From the NCBI GenBank assembly GCA_050123335.1, contig JASFHH010000002.1:9519-73518 (forward strand): a stretch of 64,000 nucleotides of DNA, written 5' to 3'. The notes under the pieces were generated by a model. That model had not been told where the DNA came from. It did not search any database and saw only the letters and a program-made list of their open reading frames with translations. Of this stretch, positions 30,142 through 39,748 are shown piece after piece (position 1 is the stretch's first letter; each line of letters starts with the position of its first letter). Source of the stretch: Gammaproteobacteria bacterium. GTDB taxonomy: Bacteria > Pseudomonadota > Gammaproteobacteria > UBA12402. The translations under genes were made by a program, and so were the position numbers.

Positions 30142-31485
30142 GTGGTGAAGAAATTTAGCTATAGAGATAGATTATTATATAGGGCCAAAGGATTTTGGCC
30201 CTATGTTGAAGCAGTTGTGATTACTGTAATAATTCTTAGTATTTCTTATATTTTTAATCGGGAAGATCCTCTTTGTCTTCAAAGTTCTTTTCCATGGGTT
30301 TGGTTCGCACCAGTTTTGGTTGCATTGCGTTATGGTACCTTGGCAGGTGCATTTTCCATTATTATTGTGTTATTGGCTTTATTTCAATTAGAACCTAAGG
30401 GGGAGTTGCTAGAGATAGTACGTTATCGCTATTTCATGCTTGGGGGAGTATTACTAACAGTTTTGTGTGGCGAGTTTAATAATGCTTGGCTTAATTCGAT
30501 GAAACGTTTTGCGCAATTAAATCAATATGTGCACAAACGTTTAGATGGTTTGAATAGAGCATTTTATTTAATACGGTTATCGCATGATAGATTAGAGCAT
30601 AACTTAATTAGTAAAACAGTAACTTTGCGCAGTACCTTTAATGATTTGTTTCGTTTACTTGTTGCTGCCAAAGGTGAGCTAACAGTAGAAATCGCTGATC
30701 GTTTTATGCATCTATTGGATCAACATTGTGCTATGGAAGCTGCTGCATTATATCGTTATCAAGATGGGAAGTTTATTACTGAACCTATTGCACATATTTG
30801 GGCTGACAGGCCATTGCTAAATCCAGATGATATTATGGTACAACATTGTTTGCAGCATCACGGAGTTAGTTATTATGCGGCTAATCAGTTACAGAGAGAA
30901 CAGCAAAGTGATTACTTGGCAGCAATAGCAATGCGTACTAATGAAGATGAGTTAGTAGGTATATTAACTATTACAGATATGACGTTTTGGTCTTTAAATG
31001 AAGAAACTTTACGTGAATTAAGTGTATTGTTGTCTTATTTTGCTGATGGTATTTGGGCGATTAAAGTATCGCCAGAAGTATTGCAAGCTTATCCCGATTG
31101 TCCACCAGAATTAGCAGTAGAAATGCAGAAGCTTATTCGTTTGAAGCGTGATTATCGAGTTGACAGTGCGTTCGTGGCTTTTGTAATAGAACATAATGAT
31201 TTGCGTTATCGTAATATTGTTATGCAGTTGCAACATATGCGTCGTGGGGTGGATACTTGTTGGCATCATCAGGAGAAGCAGCGTGATATTTTATTTACTT
31301 TAATGCCTTTTTCACCACCCGTGGCTGTGGAAGGATATCGCGCGCGTTTTGCGCGTTATTTGCAGTCAGAATTTGGCATTAAAATCGATGAGCATAAGGG
31401 AGTTTATTTTAGATATTTGCAAATTTTTGCTGCAACGCCGTTACAGATTATTCAACAATTGATGGAATATGTGAATGCAAAATGA
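30142..31485 (+). CDS. pelD: PelD, c-di-GMP receptor (TM + GAF + degenerate GGDEF)
   Basis: N-terminal TM helices; 447 aa (PelD is ~455 aa). Position in the operon supports the call. GTG start. Confidence 0.7.
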   Translation: MVKKFSYRDRLLYRAKGFWPYVEAVVITVIILSISYIFNREDPLCLQSSFPWVWFAPVLVALRYGTLAGAFSIIIVLLALFQLEPKGELLEIVRYRYFMLGGVLLTVLCGEFNNAWLNSMKRFAQLNQYVHKRLDGLNRAFYLIRLSHDRLEHNLISKTVTLRSTFNDLFRLLVAAKGELTVEIADRFMHLLDQHCAMEAAALYRYQDGKFITEPIAHIWADRPLLNPDDIMVQHCLQHHGVSYYAANQLQREQQSDYLAAIAMRTNEDELVGILTITDMTFWSLNEETLRELSVLLSYFADGIWAIKVSPEVLQAYPDCPPELAVEMQKLIRLKRDYRVDSAFVAFVIEHNDLRYRNIVMQLQHMRRGVDTCWHHQEKQRDILFTLMPFSPPVAVEGYRARFARYLQSEFGIKIDEHKGVYFRYLQIFAATPLQIIQQLMEYVNAK

Positions 31486-32392
31486 TTTGTTATTTTTATC
31501 GATCAATGGTTTGATTAGTTTTATATTAGCTAATGTGTTATGGCTTGTATTGCCAAAAAATTTGCAACGTCCAAGATTGGCAATAATTCTTTTATTCTTT
31601 ATATTAAGTGCTTTTATACCTGTAATTGGCGCAATATTTCTGGTGTTATTGACGGTGTTATCTTATTGGTTTGTTAGAGAAAGGCCAGGAAGATTTATAA
31701 GTGTAATAGAACGGCCAATTTTTTTAAGGGAGAAAATTACTAAACCAATTGATTATGGTGAAGGTGGGGCTTGGATGCGAATGCGTTCTGATTCTGCTTT
31801 AACCTCTAACAGGTTGCAGGCTATGGTTGCAGTGAATTTTGCTAATGTGGCTTTAGTTAATCGATTGAATAGTGAAATGTTACATGAAAATAGTGATGAG
31901 TTACGTTTGTTTGCTTTTAGTTTGTTGAATGAACAGGCAGTTAAGTTAGATAAATGGATTAGTGAAAATCAAAAAGTGTTAAAGCAACAAGAATTATCCC
32001 AGTTAGAACGTGCGCAAACTGAAAAACGATTGGCATTTTTATACTGGGAATTGGTTTATCAGAATTTAGTGCAAGATGATTTATTAAATTATATGTTAAG
32101 CAAAGCGTTGCAGTATACTTTAAGTGCAATAGAACAATTGCGTGAAGATTTGGGGTTATGGGTTTTATTGGGGAAAATTTATTATCGTAATCGGGACGAA
32201 AAACAGGCGGTGGAAGCGTTTTCTATGGCGTTGCGGTTGAGAGCCCCTTATGAAAATGTGCTGCCTTATTTGGCGGCAATTAATTTTAAACATCGAGATT
32301 ACCCCCAACTTAAAGCAACCTTAAGTAAGGGCAAAACTTTAACAGATGTTCCTAGATTGTGGGAAGTAGTGCAATTTTGGGGTGGAACATGA
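31475..32392 (+). CDS. pelE: PelE (inner-membrane TPR protein)
   Basis: Two N-terminal TM helices followed by a TPR-like helical C-terminus; 305 aa. Position between pelD and pelF supports the call. Confidence 0.65.
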   Translation: MQNDLLFLSINGLISFILANVLWLVLPKNLQRPRLAIILLFFILSAFIPVIGAIFLVLLTVLSYWFVRERPGRFISVIERPIFLREKITKPIDYGEGGAWMRMRSDSALTSNRLQAMVAVNFANVALVNRLNSEMLHENSDELRLFAFSLLNEQAVKLDKWISENQKVLKQQELSQLERAQTEKRLAFLYWELVYQNLVQDDLLNYMLSKALQYTLSAIEQLREDLGLWVLLGKIYYRNRDEKQAVEAFSMALRLRAPYENVLPYLAAINFKHRDYPQLKATLSKGKTLTDVPRLWEVVQFWGGT

Positions 32393-33909
32393 TTGGTGAA
32401 AATTATCCACGGGCAAAAGAAGCAGATATTGCACTTTTAATGGAGGGTTCATATCCTTTTGTTGTTGGTGGTGTTTCACATTGGACGCACCAAATAATAA
32501 ATGCTTTTCCGCAATTTAAATTTGCGGTTATTTTCATTGGTTCTAGTCCAGAAGATTATAAAGAAGGAATGCGTTACCAATTACCTAAAAATGTAGTGCA
32601 TTTTGAAACCCATTATTTATATTCAACCCAAGAAGATTTCATTGATGTTAAAAAACTGCAAAATAAATCGTTAGTGTCGTTTAATTTATTGCAAGATTTT
32701 TTAGCTCAACATAATGGGCAGATTGCAGATAGATTTCACGGGTTGGATTTTCATATTGATGTCGATTCTCATGTTAAATATGAGCATTTCTTTTATTCCA
32801 AACCATCTTGGGATTTTATTGTAAATAATTACACTAAATATTGTACCGACCCATCATTTATTGATTATTTTTGGAATATTATGAATATTCAACGACCATT
32901 ATGGCAGATTGCCTCAATTGTTGAGGATTTTATTAAGGTCAAAATGGTGCATACTGTTTCTACTGGTTATGCTGGTTTTTTTGGGGCGTTGTTGAATTTT
33001 TATCATCATTATCCTTTGGTTTTGACGGAACATGGTATTTATACCAAAGAACGGCGCATTGAATTATTACAAACGAAATTAATTGGGGAAGATGATCAAA
33101 CTCAAAGATTTGCAACAGAAATGGGTTATATTCGCAATTTATGGATACGTTATTTTGATTTGTTAGCGCGTATTTGCTATGAAGTTGCAAATCCAATTAC
33201 TAGTTTATTTACTTTGGCAAGAGATAAGCAAATTGAAGAAGGCGCGCAACAGGAAAAAACGACAATTATTCCTAATGGAATAGATATTGCGAAATTTAGT
33301 AAATTGCGTGCATTGAGAGAAGAAAAAATTCCTTCGATATTATGTTTAATTGGTCGGGTAGTATCAATTAAGGATGTAAAAACGTTTATTCGGGCGATGA
33401 ATGTTGTAGTACAACATATACCAGAGGCACAAGGTTGGATAGCTGGTCCTGTGGACGAAGAGCCAGAATATTTTCAAGAATGTAAGAATTTAGTTACAGT
33501 TTTAGAATTGGAAGATCATGTCAAGTTTTTCCCTGGCAGACAGGATGTAACTAAAATATTTCCGCGGATTGGTTTAATGATGCTAAGTTCTATTAGTGAA
33601 GGAATGCCGTTAGTTCTCTTGGAAGGTTTTGCTTCGGGTGTGCCTGCAGTTGCTACTGATGTGGGTGCGTGTCGCGAATTAATTTTTGGTAGAGATGCGG
33701 AAGATAAAAAACTAGGCGCAGCAGGAGAGATAGTATATATCGCTAATCCACAAGCTTTAGCTGATGCTGCGGTAAGGTTGTTGCAAAATCCTAAGAGTTG
33801 GCAAAATGCACAACATGCAGCGATAGCTAGAGTAGAAAAGTATTTTGATCAACAACAGATGTTTGCAAAATTTAAATCAATATATGAAAAGGTTTTGCAG
33901 GGAGCCTAA
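32389..33909 (+). CDS. pelF: PelF, GT4 family glycosyltransferase
   Basis: GT4 motif EGFASGVPAVATDVGACRELI; ~506 aa. The ATG overlaps the pelE stop (ATGA). Confidence 0.85.
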   Translation: MIGENYPRAKEADIALLMEGSYPFVVGGVSHWTHQIINAFPQFKFAVIFIGSSPEDYKEGMRYQLPKNVVHFETHYLYSTQEDFIDVKKLQNKSLVSFNLLQDFLAQHNGQIADRFHGLDFHIDVDSHVKYEHFFYSKPSWDFIVNNYTKYCTDPSFIDYFWNIMNIQRPLWQIASIVEDFIKVKMVHTVSTGYAGFFGALLNFYHHYPLVLTEHGIYTKERRIELLQTKLIGEDDQTQRFATEMGYIRNLWIRYFDLLARICYEVANPITSLFTLARDKQIEEGAQQEKTTIIPNGIDIAKFSKLRALREEKIPSILCLIGRVVSIKDVKTFIRAMNVVVQHIPEAQGWIAGPVDEEPEYFQECKNLVTVLELEDHVKFFPGRQDVTKIFPRIGLMMLSSISEGMPLVLLEGFASGVPAVATDVGACRELIFGRDAEDKKLGAAGEIVYIANPQALADAAVRLLQNPKSWQNAQHAAIARVEKYFDQQQMFAKFKSIYEKVLQGA

Positions 33910-33912
33910 TTT

Positions 33913-35283
33913 ATGGCAGGTATTGGATTTGAATTACGTAAATTATTGCGTCGAGGCAGCTATTTAAATATCGCGCGTGCGTATGGTTATGCCGGAATTA
34001 TTAGTGCAGGTCCTTGGGTTATTTCTATTTGTGGTATTATTGCTTTAGATTTTTTAAAATATTTTGATATCACACAAGCGAGTATTATTCAACAGTTTCA
34101 GGTTTCTATTACTTATCTTATAGCTTTAAGTTTAATATTCAGCGGATTTACGCAACATAGTTTTACTAGATATGTTGCTGATCGTTTATTCGAAAAGAAG
34201 TTTGATTATGTAGTTCCTAATTTTAATGGGGTATTGTTAGTATTAACAGCTGTGAGTGGTTTATTTGGATTTATTTTAGCTAACGTATTTTTTTTGCAAC
34301 AGGATTTTTATTTTCGTTTATTTATGAGTGGTTCATTTGTTGTGCTATGTAATATTTGGTTTACTACTAATTTACTTTCTGGTTTGAAAAATTATCGTTC
34401 TATATTATTAGCTTTTTTTGTTGGTTATAGTATATCTGTGTATTTAGGTTATCTATTACGTTTTCATGGTTTAGATGGTTTGCTGGGCGGTTTTTTTGTC
34501 GGACAATTTGTTTTATTAGCAGGCATGTTAATAATTTTATATTATTACTATCCATCCAATCGAATCATTGATTTTGATTTTTTGCGTCCAGGAAGAGTTT
34601 TTTTTACTTTGGTTTTTACTAGTTTATTTTACAACTTGGGGATTTGGGTAGATAAATTTATTTTTTGGTATTCTCCTTTAACTAGTCATTCAGTTTTGGG
34701 TCCTTTACATATATCTGTTATTTATGATTTACCGATTTTTCTTGCGTATTTAGCAATTATTCCGGGGATGGCTATTTTTTTGTTCCGCGTAGAAACTAAT
34801 TTTGTAGAATATTATAATTATTATTATGATTCTGTTCGTAATGGCGATACTTTGTTTAATATTATTGGAGCTAGATATCAAATGGCTGATGCGGCACGTC
34901 AAGGTATATTTGATATTATACGAATTCAGGGGATAACTATTTTTACTATATTTATCTTGGGGCCAAAGTTGTTATCGTTTTTACATGTATCAAAACATTA
35001 TATATATTTGCTTAATATAGATATAGTTGGTACGAGTTTGTTAGTTATTTTTTTGGCTTTATTGAATTATATGTTTTATTTAGATCGGCGTGTAAGCGCA
35101 TTAGTTTTAAATGTGTTATTTTTTGTTTTTAATGCGATATTAACTTTGTGGACTATTCATCTTGGAGTTTTTTACTTTGGTTATGGTTTTGTATTAGCTT
35201 TGTTATTAGTTAATGTTATTGCAGTTTTAATATTAAATCATGATTTTGATAATTTAGAATATATTACTTTTATGCGGAAATAG
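33913..35283 (+). CDS. pelG: PelG, polytopic membrane exporter (MATE/PST-like)
   Basis: 456 aa (the same length as PelG), ~12 predicted TM helices. Last gene of the operon. Confidence 0.8.
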   Translation: MAGIGFELRKLLRRGSYLNIARAYGYAGIISAGPWVISICGIIALDFLKYFDITQASIIQQFQVSITYLIALSLIFSGFTQHSFTRYVADRLFEKKFDYVVPNFNGVLLVLTAVSGLFGFILANVFFLQQDFYFRLFMSGSFVVLCNIWFTTNLLSGLKNYRSILLAFFVGYSISVYLGYLLRFHGLDGLLGGFFVGQFVLLAGMLIILYYYYPSNRIIDFDFLRPGRVFFTLVFTSLFYNLGIWVDKFIFWYSPLTSHSVLGPLHISVIYDLPIFLAYLAIIPGMAIFLFRVETNFVEYYNYYYDSVRNGDTLFNIIGARYQMADAARQGIFDIIRIQGITIFTIFILGPKLLSFLHVSKHYIYLLNIDIVGTSLLVIFLALLNYMFYLDRRVSALVLNVLFFVFNAILTLWTIHLGVFYFGYGFVLALLLVNVIAVLILNHDFDNLEYITFMRK

Positions 35284-35425
35284 TTGTGTTTCATTAAGTT
35301 TATATTTGGCTTCAAGGTTTTGTCAAGAAGTACAAAAAAGTAATTGATCCTTCTAAACCTCTGTGCCATACTTACTTTAAATTTAATTAACAACAAGAGC
35401 AACAGCAAGGATTCTGTAATTGAAA

Positions 35426-35459
35426 GGCCTGAGAGGTGGATACTCAGGCCTTTTTTTTT
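35426..35459 (+). terminator. rho-independent terminator after pelG
   Basis: GGCCTGAG-N10-CTCAGGCC hairpin followed by T9. Confidence 0.7.
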
Positions 35460-35486
35460 ACTGTGAATCAATAGGAGAATAATAAT

Positions 35487-36506
35487 ATGGTAAAAAATAA
35501 ACCAATAGAGAAGCAGGATTGTTATCTACAAATCAAAAATGTTTTAGATGAGGCTAGATCTAAAATTTATAGGCAAATTAACTCGGTTATGGTTCAGGCT
35601 TATTGGAATATTGGAAGAATTATAGTTGAAGAAGAGCAGCAGGGTAAAGCGAAAGCTGGGTATGGTAGCAAATTGCTGGAAAATCTATCAGAAAGGTTAA
35701 CAAAGGATTTTGGTAGGGGGTTCAAGACTAGCAATTTGTGGGATATGCGTAAGTTGTATCTTACTTTTCCAATTCTCCAGGCACTGCCTGGAGAATTGAG
35801 CTGGACGCATTATCGTATCCTACTAAGGGTTGAAGAGGAAAATGCTAGAAATTTCTACCTTAATGAGTGTGCAGAATCTCGCTGGAGTACTAGGGAATTA
35901 GAGCGCCAGATCAATTCTATGCTATTTGAGCGATTGGCTGCAAGCAAAGATAAAGCCAAGGTCAAAGCTTTGGCTGAAAAAGGGCAGATTATTCAGATGC
36001 CAAGTGATGCTATCAAAGATCCGTATATTTTTGAATTTCTTGGTTGGCCAGAGCAGTATACTTTTTCAGAAAGCGATTTAGAAACTGCTTTGATAGATAA
36101 TTTAAAAGGATTTTTATTGGAGTTGGGTAAGGGGTTCAGCTTTGTAGCTAGACAACAGCGCATTACTTTGGAAAATGATCATTTTTATATTGATTTGGTT
36201 TTTTACAATCGGTTGTTGCGGAATTTCGTATTAATAGATTTGAAATTAGGTAAGCTAACACATCAAGATCTTGGTCAAATGCAAATGTATGTGAATTATT
36301 ATGACCGTATTGTTAAATCAAAAGATGAAGATTCTACGGTCGGTATAGTGCTATGCAAAGACAAAAACGAAACGGTAGCAAAATTTACTTTGCCAGAAGA
36401 TAATAAAAATATTTTTGCATCGAAATACAAGCCGTATTTGCCTACTGAAGAAGAATTGATGCGAGAAATTGAAGCAATTTCGGCGAGGTTGGAAACGAAA
36501 AAATAG
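35487..36506 (+). CDS. PDDEXK nuclease-fold protein, DUF1016/YhcG family
   Basis: The N-terminus is YhcG-like (...YWNIGRIIVEEEQQGK...). The C-terminus has a PD-(D/E)xK-like motif ...IDLVFYNRLLRNFVLIDLKLGK. 339 aa. Confidence 0.7.
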   Translation: MVKNKPIEKQDCYLQIKNVLDEARSKIYRQINSVMVQAYWNIGRIIVEEEQQGKAKAGYGSKLLENLSERLTKDFGRGFKTSNLWDMRKLYLTFPILQALPGELSWTHYRILLRVEEENARNFYLNECAESRWSTRELERQINSMLFERLAASKDKAKVKALAEKGQIIQMPSDAIKDPYIFEFLGWPEQYTFSESDLETALIDNLKGFLLELGKGFSFVARQQRITLENDHFYIDLVFYNRLLRNFVLIDLKLGKLTHQDLGQMQMYVNYYDRIVKSKDEDSTVGIVLCKDKNETVAKFTLPEDNKNIFASKYKPYLPTEEELMREIEAISARLETKK

Positions 36507-36661
36507 TAAGATTTATGTAGGATAGTAAATGAATTTTCCTATAAAAATAGATTTAGGAATTAAAACACTTTGTTCTAAATTGCAATTTCTTTTTAGAAGG
36601 TTTAAAATCTTAGTTTGCATGGTAAAAAGATATACTTTTAACGAGCAAAGGATTTTCTCAT

Positions 36662-37594
36662 ATGGCAAAGATAAGATTTCGTAAAGAGGCAACAAAAAAG
36701 ATCTTTTCACCAGAGCAGCTAGATCTATTAACTACAATTGCTCCCAGTCGTAATTGGCTGATATTGGTCACAATTGCTGTTTTACTTGTTTTTGTTGTTT
36801 TTTGGGGTTTTTTCGGAGCCATACCTACAACGGTAGATGTTAGAGGGATAGTTATCGATGCTGCTGTGAATGATGTTTATGCTCCTGTTACTGGTTATAA
36901 TCAGTCTTTGAATATAAAGCTTGGTGACCAGGTTCATGCAGGTGAGGAATTGTTGAGAATTATTCCGCCAGATTTATATATCAAATTAGTTGCAGTAAAA
37001 TCTCGCTTGGAAAAACAAAGGAATAACCAGAAATTGCAACAGGAGTTAATAAGTATAAATAAGCAAATTATGCAGCAGGCAATTTATGTTATATCTCCTT
37101 ATACCGGCAGGATAGTGGAATTAGACATACAATCTGGAGAATATGTTGATAAACACCAATTGTTATTACGCATCGAGCGTTTTCAGACAGATGCTGCTGG
37201 TTTGCATGCGATATTATTCGTTTCACCAATCGAAGGTAAACGTATAAAAACGGGAATGAAGGTGCAGCTGGCTCCTTCAACAGTACGTCCTGAGGAGTAT
37301 GGTTATCTTTTGGGAAAAGTCAGCTATGTTTCAAAGTATTCAGTAACATCATTTGATATAGTAAATATTTTGGGAAATAGAGATTTTACCAAAGCATTCT
37401 CAAGAGGTTTAATGCCTTTAGAGGTAAGGGTAAAGCTTATTCCTGATTCAAAAACGCAATCTGGTTACAAATGGTCTTCTTCTAAAGGACCACCGATTCG
37501 GATAGATTCGGGTACTTTTTGTATGGGTAAAGTTATTATTGGTCGAATCAGACCGATAAATCTCGTGCTTCCTGCTTTAAGGGGGGCGTTTTGA
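36662..37594 (+). CDS. HlyD-family membrane fusion protein of an NHLM-type bacteriocin export system
   Basis: N-terminal TM anchor, biotinyl/lipoyl-like beta-hairpin and coiled coil; 310 aa. Lies immediately upstream of two bacteriocin-type ABC transporters. Confidence 0.65.
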   Translation: MAKIRFRKEATKKIFSPEQLDLLTTIAPSRNWLILVTIAVLLVFVVFWGFFGAIPTTVDVRGIVIDAAVNDVYAPVTGYNQSLNIKLGDQVHAGEELLRIIPPDLYIKLVAVKSRLEKQRNNQKLQQELISINKQIMQQAIYVISPYTGRIVELDIQSGEYVDKHQLLLRIERFQTDAAGLHAILFVSPIEGKRIKTGMKVQLAPSTVRPEEYGYLLGKVSYVSKYSVTSFDIVNILGNRDFTKAFSRGLMPLEVRVKLIPDSKTQSGYKWSSSKGPPIRIDSGTFCMGKVIIGRIRPINLVLPALRGAF

Positions 37595-37598
37595 ACGA

Positions 37599-39743
37599 AT
37601 GAGAAGAGTTAAGACTCCAACTGTTCTTCAAATGGAAGCCGTTGAGTGCGGAGCGGCTGCATTAGGAATAATTTTAGCTTATTATGGTAATTTTGTTCCA
37701 TTAGAGAAGCTTAGAATTGAATGCGGGGTTTCAAGAGATGGCAGTAAGGCTTCCAATGTTGTTAAAGTTGCGCGCAAATATGGACTTGATGCCCAGGGAA
37801 TAAATGTAGATCTTGAAGGTTTGGCTAATCTTAAAATGCCAGTTATTCTTTTTTGGGGGTTTGCTCATTTTGTAGTTCTCGAAGGTATAAAAGGCAAAAA
37901 AGTTTATCTTAATGATCCGGCTGCTGGGCCTAGAACAGTTTCCTGGCAAGAATTGGGTGAATATTTTACCGGGATTGCGCTTACATTTGCGCCAACGGAC
38001 AGATTGCAAAAAACAGCAAAATCACGAACTTTATTCAAGGCGATTAAAAATAAATTAATTAATTGTAAACAGTTGTTGCTTTTTATTATTTTAACAGGAT
38101 TTTTTTTAGTGTTGCCTGGTTTGGTAATACCAGCTTATACTAAAATTTTTGTTGATAACATTGTAGTTGCAAAAATGAATAATTGGTTTGCAGCGCTTAT
38201 AGTGGCAATGATTCTTACAGTGTTTGTTTATGGTATTTTAACATGGTTGCAGCAATTTTATTTAACCAAGTTAGATTTAAAGTTAACTATTTCAAATACG
38301 GCTAAGTTTTTGCATCACATGTTGCATCTTCCAATTGAATTTTTTAGTCAAAGATTTGTTGGTGATCTTATTTATCGAATACAACTTAATAAAAATGTAG
38401 CACGACTTTTATCAGGAAATTTAGCTTCAAGTTTGGTTAGTTTAATGATGGTGATTTTCTTTGCGATGTTGATGTTTTATTACGATGTTGTTTTAACAAT
38501 AATTGGTATTGTGAGTACTGTGATAATTTTAATAGCGTTAAAAATAATATACAGAAAACAAATGGATCTTAATCGACGACAAAAAATAGAATTTGGTAAG
38601 ACCATAGGAATAACAATGCGCAGCTTGCAAATTATAGAGACTATAAAATCATCTGGTTTAGAGGGAGATATATTTTCACGTTTGTCAGGACAGATGGCAA
38701 AAATGACAAATGTTCAGCAAGAATCGGGCTCCATTAGTAACGTTTTAAATTCAATTTATCCGTTGGTAACAATGTTAACTACTACAACGGTGTTAATAGT
38801 AGGTGCGATGCGGGTTATCGAGGGTGATTTAAGTATTGGTACGTTAGTGGCTTTTCAATCTCTTATGCTATGTTTTTTAACGCCAGTAGTACGAATTGCG
38901 ACATTATTTCAGGATGTTCAACAGCTACATACCAGCATTGAAAGGTTAGATGACGTTTTTCACTATCCAGTTTGTGGTTGTTTTACTGCAAAAAAAAGCA
39001 AGAAATTTAAGAAAGCAAAATTATCCGGCAACCTTTTGGTTGATAATATAAGTTTTGGTTATAATCCTCTTGAAGAGCCTTTGATTAAAAATTTCAGTTG
39101 TGAATTATCTCCAGGGAAAAAAATAGCTTTAGTTGGAAAAACTGGTTCAGGCAAATCAACTATTAGCAAATTAATTGCTGGTTTATATCAGCCGTGGGAA
39201 GGAAAAATTCTTTTTGATGGAGAGCCGTGTTTTTCTATTCCTAGGAATATTTTTATTAGCTCTTTGGCCATGGTAGATCAGGAAGTGGTGCTTTTTGCTG
39301 GAACAGTGCGTGATAATATAACAATGTGGAATGAAACCATAAGTGATAATAGAATTATTCAAGCTGCAAAAGATGCATGTATACATGAGGATATCATAGC
39401 TAAATTCGGTGGTTATGAAGGGAAAGTTAATGAAAATGGTAATAATTTTAGTGGCGGTCAAAGACAGTTATTAGAAATTGCGCGTGCTTTAGTTGTTGAT
39501 CCTTCCATATTGATTTTAGATGAGGCCACCAGTGCTTTAGATGCTTATACAGAACAAAAGATTCAGGATAATTTAAATCGTGTAGGGTGTGCATGTTTGA
39601 TTGTTGCTCATAGGCTTAGTACTGTAAAATATTGTGATGAAATAATTGTGATTGATAATGGTGAAATCATACAACGTGGCACGCACGAACAATTAGAAAA
39701 TGAAAAAGAAGGGTTGTATTACCAATTAATAAGGATGTATTAA
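37599..39743 (+). CDS. bacteriocin/RiPP export ABC transporter with N-terminal C39 peptidase domain (LanT/SunT-like)
   Basis: N-terminal C39 papain-like domain with the catalytic Cys in ...VLQMEAVECGAAALGIIL... Six TM helices. C-terminal ABC ATPase (GKTGSGKST; LSGGQRQ; ILILDEATSALD). Confidence 0.85.
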   Translation: MRRVKTPTVLQMEAVECGAAALGIILAYYGNFVPLEKLRIECGVSRDGSKASNVVKVARKYGLDAQGINVDLEGLANLKMPVILFWGFAHFVVLEGIKGKKVYLNDPAAGPRTVSWQELGEYFTGIALTFAPTDRLQKTAKSRTLFKAIKNKLINCKQLLLFIILTGFFLVLPGLVIPAYTKIFVDNIVVAKMNNWFAALIVAMILTVFVYGILTWLQQFYLTKLDLKLTISNTAKFLHHMLHLPIEFFSQRFVGDLIYRIQLNKNVARLLSGNLASSLVSLMMVIFFAMLMFYYDVVLTIIGIVSTVIILIALKIIYRKQMDLNRRQKIEFGKTIGITMRSLQIIETIKSSGLEGDIFSRLSGQMAKMTNVQQESGSISNVLNSIYPLVTMLTTTTVLIVGAMRVIEGDLSIGTLVAFQSLMLCFLTPVVRIATLFQDVQQLHTSIERLDDVFHYPVCGCFTAKKSKKFKKAKLSGNLLVDNISFGYNPLEEPLIKNFSCELSPGKKIALVGKTGSGKSTISKLIAGLYQPWEGKILFDGEPCFSIPRNIFISSLAMVDQEVVLFAGTVRDNITMWNETISDNRIIQAAKDACIHEDIIAKFGGYEGKVNENGNNFSGGQRQLLEIARALVVDPSILILDEATSALDAYTEQKIQDNLNRVGCACLIVAHRLSTVKYCDEIIVIDNGEIIQRGTHEQLENEKEGLYYQLIRMY

Positions 39744-39748
39744 ATACG

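Noticed and set aside
35238-35471. 77-aa minus-strand ORF downstream of pelG
   Set aside because: It spans the pelG terminator hairpin and intergenic spacer, and has no RBS.
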